Assembly (NCBI RefSeq): GCF_009914755.1
Contig: NC_060933.1
Source: the human T2T-CHM13v2.0 reference genome, Homo sapiens
Length of the DNA stretch: 64,000 nucleotides
Reading direction: 5' to 3' (one strand)
Below the pieces are notes generated by a model that worked only from the letters and a program-made list of their open reading frames with translations, was not told where the DNA came from and did no database searches. Positions 54,623 through 64,000 of this stretch are shown here, in pieces (within the stretch, counting starts at the first letter, position 1; each line of letters begins with the position of its first letter). The translations under genes were made by a program, and so were the position numbers.

Positions 54623-55204
54623 TTATTTATGTAAATAACCTGTTTCTTGGTATTGGAGTCTTCTTGTGCACTGTTCAATAAATAGTAGACCCCTTCGGAT
54701 TTCAACATGGATGACCTCCCAGGCACAGTTGCTATAATTTTGGTGGTGTAAGTAGTTGTGAATCCCTTGGAAATAATTTTTTAGTCTAAGTATGGTATTC
54801 CCCCTTTGCAAGAGTGAACGGCCCTCTTTCCTGGTTTCCTGCTCCAAACACACCTCTGTCTTCTCTATTTGCTGATAAAGTCTACTTAGGAATCTCTCCA
54901 AGCTGCTTTCATTCCAAAAAGATTGGGAGACATTAAGGCTGAAAGTGTTGAATATCTGCTGTAACATTTCTTATTTGGCAATGAGGGCATTTTCCTTTGA
55001 AAACAGGTTACTTTTAGAAACCTGGAAGAATCTGAAGTTGCTCCTGTCCTTTAGACATTGCAGAGGAAATTTTTCTCCTAGGTTTTTTAAATGTTCTAAA
55101 ATCTCCCAGTTGCCCTTGCACCTTTGAAAGTGACAGTCCAGAGAGAATGCAGTAGTGGTGAGAAGTAGCACCAAGGCCCAATCCAGCAAGCATTGACTAG
55201 TCAT
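54623..55204 (-). pseudogene. IFNNP1: Interferon nu 1 pseudogene (type I IFN), intronless, single in-frame TAA at codon 78 (54973-54971)
   Basis: ORFs 54971..55219 and 54623..54967 are in the same frame (...IAK*EMLQQIF...). IFN-beta-like signal peptide MTSQCLLDWALVLLLTTTAFS; type I IFN motifs CLKDRxNF, EMLQQIF, WNES, LKNYF and YSxCAWEV. Confidence 0.93.
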
Positions 55205-55284
55205 GTTGAGTTCCTTCACACTGCTGTTCCTTCCTATAAGAGAGCTCAGGTATCAGCTCTGACTGCAGGCTCCACATCTCCAAA

Positions 55285-55292
55285 TTTATATA
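55285..55292 (-). promoter_or_regulatory. TATA box of the IFN-nu locus (TATATAAA)
   Basis: TTTATATA on the + strand, ~80 nt upstream of ATG 55204, a typical spacing for type I IFN genes. Confidence 0.7.
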
Positions 55293-55340
55293 TCTGAGGG
55301 AGCTTTGTTCTTGCACGGTGTTTCAGGATACCTCTACTGG

Positions 55341-55384
55341 TACTTTCATGTGGTCTTTGCCACTTTTCATTTACTATTTTCCAA
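55341..55384 (-). promoter_or_regulatory. Virus-response-element-like GAAA-rich region (putative IRF half-sites) of the IFN-nu locus
   Basis: Minus strand reads GGAAAATAGTAAATGAAAAGTGGCAAAGACCACATGAAAGTA, 50-90 nt upstream of the TATA box. Confidence 0.5.
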
Positions 55385-58300
55385 ACATAAACAAAAGCTT
55401 TGTAGCATCACCGGACAGCAATACATACATTTACTTTTATAATGTGATGGATATAAACTATCTTCTATGAAAGATCAACCATCAGTTACATGACAACAAA
55501 GCAGTGGATATCCTTGCCTTAATTTGCATTTTTATGCATAGACTGTACTGGCTTGCCTTCATCTACTTAGGCTTGTCGTTGTTCCAATCAAGGATGACTC
55601 TGGGTGAAATGCTCGTTTAGATATTTGGCATGGTTTTCAAGGCTTTGTTTTAGCTAATTGTATTTTATCATAAACTTATATTTCAAAGCCCTTCAAACAT
55701 GGCACATTGTTTAACCTCTCTGCCAATTTCCTGATGTCTAAGGTGAAGAAAATATTATCACAGATGGTTGTTAGCAAGATTGGTGACTGATGATTGGCAC
55801 GGAGGAAGTGCTCAATCAATGCTTATTACCATAATGACCATAATCACCATCACCATCCTCTTAGGGAGAAGAAGGCCTAGCTGCCCCTGCCACTGACACA
55901 CTTCTCTCTGGGGTTTTTGCTCTGTAAGGGCAAGAATGTTGCAGAGACTTGTGGATGAATGAGTACTGAAGCCAGTCAAGATGCTGTTTTAAAATCCTTT
56001 GAGATTTTATGCTTTGTAATTTTATTTAACTAGGGCAGATGGTAGTGTTGAATGCACTGTGAACACCAACAGTTGATCAATGAGTAATATTACCAAGAGT
56101 AAGGAATGAGGTGAGGGGGTGACATTTTTTGAGAATAAATTATGTGTGGGCACTGTGCTAGATGATGCGCTACTGTATACAAGGCAGGTCAGAATACAAG
56201 GCAGGCCAGAATTGTCTGAAGGGAAAAGCTAGTCATGATGAGAAAAACTAAAATGAGTGGAGTAAAAAACCACCATATGATATTAAAGACAATAACAATC
56301 ATCCTATATACTGAATAATATTTTTATATAAATTCTCATTATGGACTAAATGTGGAGCAATTATACGATCCTCATTTTACAAGAGAGGAACCTGAATCTC
56401 AGAAACCCAATCTTACCTGCTAAGGTTGGGTAAAGGTTAGAGGGACTGTGCTCAAAACTGGAGATGACGAAGAGGTTTAATCCCAAATCAATTGGTACTA
56501 GTCTTAGGGAGTGAGAAGGATTCAGAGGGCTTCATCTGGGCTAGGTGAAAAGAGTGCTGTAACCCGCTAGCACTGTCTGCTATGGGGTAAGGCAGCTCCC
56601 CTTCGAGCTGCCATCCCCATGTAAATGTTAAGCTATCTTATGTATGTGTCTTGTTTGCTTGAGCGTGAATGAAACAGGATGTAAGTTTGGAGTGAATAAG
56701 GGGAAATTAAAAAGGCAAGATAGAAAAGGTGACCACAAACTATGAAGGAAACTGGAAAAATGATAATGATTTCTGTAGGCTAATCCTGCTTTCACAATCT
56801 GATATTAGAAAACAAAAAACACCACTTTTTTCTTTTCTTTCTTTTTTTTTTTGTAATGGACAATTTCTAAGATAGAAAATTCAGGGATAGTGATTTCCAA
56901 TTGAACTTCTAACTGTGCTCATGGGGCAGTCCCATAGCCTACCAACGTTCATCTTTATGGAAGAGGAGCCTGAGCATGCAAGATGGTCACATCTCTCACA
57001 GTGCTTTTGGGAGGTCATGAATGGAAATTAAAAGCTATTATCTCAAATATGAAATGGCATCAAAATCCTAAACTATGCAGTCCTAACTGCAGGGCCAGTC
57101 AGCACCTGCTTCACCATAAAACAAAAAGGCAAACCATCATCTCTTTTTATTTTTACTGCCTGCCCTCCACGTTAATGTGCTACATGTGCTTGCCTTTGCT
57201 TAGCTAGCAGTGGAAAACCACTTCCCCTCTCTGTGGCCCTGAAAATGACAACCACATGTTGTTCCAGTCTTTTCTCTCAGTTTTATTTTCCAGGTCTTAA
57301 CTCATGATTGCCCTCTGGGTTTCTGTAATGGTAAGGGAATGTTTTCAATTGAAACAAGAGTTCCTCCCAAAATGAAAGAACATGAAAACACAATTCTTCA
57401 TCACATATTTGGTAAATCCTCTACTCTCCATTTGAAATTCAGAATTCAGGGGTTAAATTACAAGAGCGCTTTCAAGTACAGCTTGAAAAAACTGTGTTTA
57501 TCTGAAATCACAGGCAATCTTTATGTGAGCCTGGGTATTAAAACTGTTTAAATGCAGTTTTTTGAGGAACACTTTTGAATGGAAATGGAGTCTATTGAAA
57601 TAAAAACTTTAATTAAATCATCATTTAGCTATTATGAAATAAAGACCTGATTTCATTAGTGCATTCTAAGTTGTAGTTGCTGTTAAACATTTAAAAAAAA
57701 TTGTTTTACTAATTATAATACAAAATGACTCTCGAGTTCTTTTGTATTAACTCCTTTAATGGTACCCAGGAAATTCTGGGTGTAGGATCTTCTCTTCTTT
57801 TTTCCATCAATTTAATAAATTCCTGCTTATCATCAACATGAAAGTCTGTTTGTATTTAACAAAATTTAAGTTTTCCTCTTCTAAATCCAGTATATTCTCT
57901 TATTACTAGGGCTTAATCTTTGTTTGAGTAGAGGTGAGTAACCCGCATAGCCAATAATAACAACTAACATTTGTCAAGCACTCCTTACCTTATGTATCAG
58001 AAACTGTGCCAAGGGATTTAGATGTAATATCTCATTCCTTAAATGTTAAGAGGTAGATCATTAATTAGCCAGTTTTTAAGGTAATGAAGCTAGACCTCAG
58101 AGAGATTAAGAAATTTGTCCAAGTCACACAAATTTATAAATGTTGGAGCGAAAATTCAAACGTAAATGTTCTTTAATCCAGGCCTTCTGTTTTAGATCTA
58201 TAAAATCCAGCAGGAAAAGTCCTTTACATTCACTTATAATCTTAAAGAGAGATAGAAACCAGATAAAACATTAAAACTTTGAGTGATAGAAGTAAAAATC

Positions 58301-59126
58301 ACATAGGCTCAAGCCTCTGAAATCCCCAATGGGCCCCTAAGAAATCCTGTAGAACGATTTGCCCAAATGAGCCAGCAGCAAAGAAGGGAAAGGTACTGAA
58401 GCCTCCTAAATCCCAATCTGGTGCATTTTCTACTAATGATATAGGCTTATGAGTGAGTAATTATACTTTAAAATTACATCAAGGTGTAAAGTAGTATCAT
58501 TATGTGATTCTCAGAAATTAAGTTTAGGCTTATAACTATATCAAATAGAGCTTATGCTCATGTTCTCAGTTATCTTGTTGTCAGGGACATTGTGTAGTAA
58601 ATGGAATGTCAGGATACAGCGAGAGCAAATGACTCATTAGGATTGTGATAGGATTGGAGACAATATATTTCAGTCCTTAAAACTGAGATAGCTTTATTAT
58701 TACTACATGATTGTAAAAATCATTACCTGCTACTGAATGTGTTACATATTCAGAAAAAATACAAAGAAGAAAATTCATTCACAAATTTATCACTCAGATT
58801 TTTACCTTACTATTTTTATATATTAAATTCTAGGCTCTTTTCTATTCATATATGTATGGATTTTCCCACAAAATGGGGTTATATTATGCATATTGTTTAG
58901 AATGTATCTCTGTCACTTAACAATATGTTGGCTATGGAATACTTTCTGAGTCAACACACAGAAATCTAGCATAATTTTTCTTAATTAGTATAATTTTTAT
59001 TAGCATAATTTTAAAAATTAACCTTCGAAGGTTAGAAATGTATGTTTTTCTCCTAAATTTGGAGTGTTTACAAAGTCTGAACCAATAGACACCCTTGTAT
59101 AACACCTTTTGAAAATGTGTCTAATT

Positions 59127-59965
59127 CATTTATGCAGCCAAAAGACACATGAAAAAATGCTCATCATCACTGGCCATCAGAGAAATGCAAATCAAAACCA
59201 CAATGAGATACCATCTCTCACCAGTTAGAATGGCGATCATTAAAAAGTCAGGAAACAACAGGTGCTGGAGAGGATGTGGAGAAATAGGAACACTTTTACA
59301 CTGTTGGTGGGACTGTAAACTAGTTCGACCATTGTGGAAGTCAGTGTGGTGATTGCTCAGGGATCTAGAACTAGAAATACCATTTGACCCAGCAATCCCA
59401 TTACTGGCTATATACCTAAAGGATTATAAATCATGCTGCTATAAAGACACATGCACACGTATGTTTATTGCGGCACTATTCACAATAGCAAAGACTTGGA
59501 ACCAACCCAAATGTCCAACAATGATAGACTGGATTAAGAAAATGTGGCACATATACACCGTGGAATATTATGCAGCCATGAAAAAGGATGAGTTCATGTC
59601 CTTTGTAGGGACATGGATGAAGATGGAAACCATCATTCTCAGCAAACCATCGCAAGGACAAAAAACCAAACACCACATGTTCTCACTCATAGGTGGGAAT
59701 TGAACAGTGAGAACACATGGACACAGGAAGGGGAGCATCACACACTGGGACCTGTTGTGGGGTTGGGGGAGGGGGTAGGGATAGCATTAGGAGATACACC
59801 TAATGTTAAATGATGAGTTAATGGGTGCAGCACACCAACATGGCAATGTATACATATGTAACTAACCTGCACGTTGTGCACATGTACCCTAAAACTTAAA
59901 GTATAATTAAAAAGAAAAAGGAAAACAATGTCAAAGAAAACAAAACAAAACAAAACAACAAAAAG
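59127..59965 (+). mobile_element. 5'-truncated L1PA (L1PA3/4-like) with 16-bp TSD GAAAAT(G/T)TGTCTAATT
   Basis: ORFs 59149..59352 and 59353..59703 match the L1 ORF2 C-terminus; TSD at 59111-59126 and 59966-59981. Confidence 0.93.
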
Positions 59966-62900
59966 GAAAATTTGTCTAATTATTTCCTTAGGACAAAATA
60001 CTAGAAAATGAATTGCTGAATCAAAGGGAATATAGTTTTAAGGCTTTTGGCAGCCTTGTTTTCTGCTGCCCTCCACTATCATACCAATTGCTAAATATTT
60101 GAATATCTAGAATAATATAATATGAAAATTATATTATTTTGTATTCAATGCATTTTTTTATACTAATGTTGGGTGCTTGTTATTTCTAAAGCATGGAGTC
60201 AATGACTATTGGTTGCTTTTCAAAGCTAATTGATGTTTGACACAGATTCCTACACTTTTCTAAAAAGCAATCTCTCTAAAATAAATTTACAAGGGATATT
60301 CTTATTCTCATTTATAGATGGGAAACCTGAGAAGAAAGAACATTAAAGGTACTGACTTTATTGACTCAGAAGAAATTAGTTTCTTTCCAACCTAGACCAG
60401 GCACTGATCAAAAGTACTGGCTGGCTCTCACCAAATGGAAGAGTGCCAGATATTCTAACATTGGTCACTTTTTGTGATTCTTCTTCTTCTCTCCTTTTTA
60501 ATTTTTTTTGGAGTTTGCAGATATTTAGTTTTACTTTTATTAAAAATGGTTTTATAAATTTTTTTATTCACAAATACTATGTGTTCAATACTGATGTTAG
60601 GTACACTTGTAACAATTCCATCCTGTTTCACCTGCCTGAAGTACAAAAACAAGCTCACATTCTTCTCTCTACAGTTATTACTGCATCACATGCACAAGTG
60701 TAAGAAAGATTTATACAATGCAATTAAATGAAAAAACATTCTTTCTCACTTTTCCGTCCCTACTTCCAATCTACGGAAGCAACTTGTTTTTCGTTTTGTT
60801 TCTTTTCTTTTGCCATTTATTATAAACCATGTAAATCTACATAATGTACCAAAATCCTTATTGATTTACCAATTTAGACTATAGCTTTTGACTTCATGTT
60901 CTAACTATAGTTTATTTATATCACTTTCCACCTCTCCTCTTTTCTCCCGTATTTTGTTGGATATTGCTGCAGCTGTTTTTATAACTATTACCCATTCTGT
61001 ATTTCTTTGTTTTCCTTATTAACAGAGGCAATGTGTCCAGCTATAAACACATTCTAAGGCTCCATATGAAATATCAGAAACTCTGAGAGATCTTCCACTT
61101 CCTAATTCAGATAATACCCCTCCTACTTGATGAAATGTGGAGGCAATGCTTGCAGGTACAACCGTCATGTTATAGCCGTGAGTTGACAAATATAACAGTG
61201 ACATGGTAAAAATAATAGAGCAGAAAAAGAGTGCCCAGCTCCCAGGCACATCATTAGAAAGCTGGCCTGCTCTAACTGCCTCCATCTAGATCTTTTGTAG
61301 GTGGAGAAGACAAACCCCTTTAGTTTAAGCTACTGCTAATAAGGCTGTTTGTTAGCTGTAGCTGAATGCATTCCTAACAGAAATAGTTATATTATTTTCA
61401 TTCTTCATTGGTTCTTCACTGATAACTTTATAAGTATAATAAAATAATACACTGTAGGAATACATGTGAGTATAATGATACACTTAAATCTCTTGTTTCT
61501 TGTTTTATCTTCATTAGACAATATCTTATGACTGATTCCACTCTTTAATTATGTGTTTACTGTTATATTCAAAGAGATGCTGGAACGAGGAAGAGGTTAA
61601 AGAGAGATTATTTGCCATCTTGAACTAGGAATATCACATCTCTTTTGTATACTTAATTGGCTCAAGCTTCACATGACCTAGAATATTTTCCCCTTTCCTC
61701 TGGGGTACTTTCATTCTGTCATATAGCTCAGATGCTCTAAAAAGCCAGTGTTTCTCCCAAAGCATGGATAGCAGGATGCCCCACACCACAACGATCTTTG
61801 TTAGCTATTGTGGCCCTGTGCTACTACAGACCTGGACTTCCATTGCTGGAGTTTTCAAGTGTATGTTCACATTTATCCATTATTTTCAAAGCAGATTCCA
61901 AAAATGAGGGTGATTGGATCAAGAGAGATATATTGTCGGTCACATGAAGTGCCTGGAAGATGCTTTTGCTCTTCTTGCATGGTACTCAGCTTCCAGTCCA
62001 GATTCTTCCATCTCTCATGGTGCATTTCCTCTTGAGGAGCCCTTGATGATTCCTGGAAGCAGAAAGTCTCTACCCATCAAAACCAGAACAATCAGAGGCT
62101 TCAGAATTTTTTTTATTTTTGGCTGGAACTGTCTTAGTTTGGGGGGATTGTGTATAGTATAATGAAAGTATTGGCAGCCAGTAGGTTAGATGAAGATGAA
62201 GATTGCCTCTGGTGGAACCAAGGGGGATTTGAAAAGGGTTTACCTTTCATTCAGATCTATGAGTTATGTATTCAAGTATTCATTCATTCAACAAATGTTG
62301 ATAGGTGGTGTGGTGCAATTAGTTAGTTGTGGAATCAGAAAGACCAGCCTGTCCTTGAATACTTCCCCTGCTCTTCACTGATCCCTGAACTTGAAGCAGA
62401 TTCCTTAATTCTCTACTACTTGCTTTCCTCCTTTCAAACACAATGAAAATGCTATCTTATAGCAACTCAAGGGTTAGCAATAATATATGTAAAATACTCT
62501 TTCTCTCTTCTCTAATCACGGAGCAATAAGGGTGTGATTCCTGAGTGGCCCAGTCCCCCTGCCTCCTCAGGGAGAAGTATAAAGAAAGGAGGGGAGAAAA
62601 GATTTCTGATAGAGGAAAATCTCCAATTCCTGTTTCTGAGACCCCTGAGCTGCCCTTCCTGCAACAATTGCTTTGATGCTATGAGCAATTCTATTCTTGC
62701 AATAGATCCCATTTTTACATATTGTGGTTGGAGTTGAGTTTCCATCACTTTCAGCTGAAAGGGTCCTGAGGGTGGCAGCTGAAATCCTCTTTTCTTTGAG
62801 GGCATGTGGATTATTTGGTGAAAATAATGAAAGCTGAGGGAGAGAAGGCAGGCTCATCACTACGGGTAAAGCAGGTTGATATTTGTGATTGTCTGCTTTG

Positions 62901-64000
62901 CCAGCTAGGGAACCCAGTCCTGGGCGTCAAGAAGGACTTATCTTCATTCTCTGCTTCAATAGCTCTCTAAAACCTCTGTGAACATACTTATCTTGCCTTT
63001 AACTGCTCATCTTCTGCAATAGGACTGAGCTCCCTGAGGGCAGGCCTTGTGGCTCTAATGCCTTGAATGTTATAAGCTGTCCAACTCACATGTGTAGAAT
63101 GAATAGTGTGTAAATAAATATACAGAAAATTAAGAATTTCTCAATTGTCACTCATGTGAATGTCTCCTAAATACAGTCTTTCCACTTAATAAATAAAAAG
63201 TTACTAAATAGTACCATTGCCTGAGCCAATTAAAGTTTTGCATATCTTAGAACCTTGCCTCTGCTATTTACTCACCAGTTAAAGCAAATTATTTAAGTTA
63301 TCAATCCCCAGATCTCTAATGTGCACTTTGACAAGTATATATATATTTTTGAAATTCAAATGCTGTATTGAGAAAGATATAATCCATGCAGAGGGCATTA
63401 TGACTAGTGTGCTTCTGGGTTAACTGTTTGGCCAGGAGGGAAATAATATTGCAACTAGTTGAAGATCATCGTTTTGGAGCACCTCCAGACCTTATTACTG
63501 CATGGTCAGACCTGGGGGAAAGAATGAAAATGTATTTCCTTCTACTTTGGTTCAGTTGATAGGCTATTCTCTATTGGAGACAAACTGTGTTTCACACACA
63601 ACCAGCTGGGTGACCACTTAATATCACAGCAAGATGCAATCAGGCAGTGGGTTCCACAGGGTCAGTCTTCTCCCAGTTGATCGATGGGAGCAGTTCATTA
63701 AGGTCAAAATATCAGAAATGTAAATAGTTCTTTCACTGCTTCCCTCCACCACTGTTTTCCCTTTGGGTTATTATCATTTATCACTTCTGGCAAATCAAAA
63801 AGAGAGAGAGAGAGAGGAAAAAAGGAAAAATCAGAAGAATGTTTAGACTGTTGGTGAAAATGCTGCTGCTGAATAAGATGATGTCTCCTCGGAAGTTACC
63901 ACAGCTTGATAGCCATAATCCCTTCTCAGAACCTTTAGAAGGCTTTGTGGCCCTGTCTGAGTGTTCCCAAGTTATTCCGCTGGTGGGTTGCCTGTGTTTT

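Noticed and set aside
55205-55219. Upstream start (MKELN...) given by the ORF track for IFN-nu
   Set aside because: It is a GTG. The ATG at 55204 has a good Kozak context and gives a standard 21-aa signal peptide.
61960-62100. Minus-strand RDFLLP...EM stretch faintly like the IFN-epsilon KNFLLP motif, suggesting a second IFN relic
   Set aside because: No signal peptide, cysteine pattern or CAWE motif could be traced; consistent with chance. A tblastn or HMM search with type I IFNs would settle it.

Overview
Primate, very likely human, genomic DNA. By recognition this is 9p21.3, at the telomeric edge of the type I interferon cluster. The left half holds the complete coding sequence of HACD4 (PTPLAD2, very-long-chain 3-hydroxyacyl-CoA dehydratase 4) on the minus strand: 7 coding exons between 27467 and 2913, all with GT/AG junctions, 699 nt, 232 aa, with a CpG-island promoter at ~27.3-27.8 kb. 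The right half is repeat-rich intergenic DNA: Alus, L1s, MaLR/ERV LTRs, MER DNA transposons and a near full-length Hsmar1 mariner. It also holds the intronless interferon-nu pseudogene IFNNP1 (55204-54623, minus strand). The ORF track splits IFNNP1 in two, but it is one 193-codon frame broken only by a single in-frame TAA at codon 78. The signal peptide, four canonical cysteines, CAWE motif, TATA box, IRF-like elements and AU-rich 3' region are retained. Other notable points: a ~186-bp locally templated insertion inside a MER51-type LTR in a nested TE stack, two small hairpin/direct-repeat knots, a CpG-rich old Alu beside the HACD4 promoter, and divergent residues around the HACD4 active site. 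I found no system that is clearly new to science. The near-intact IFN-nu locus is the most promising lead.
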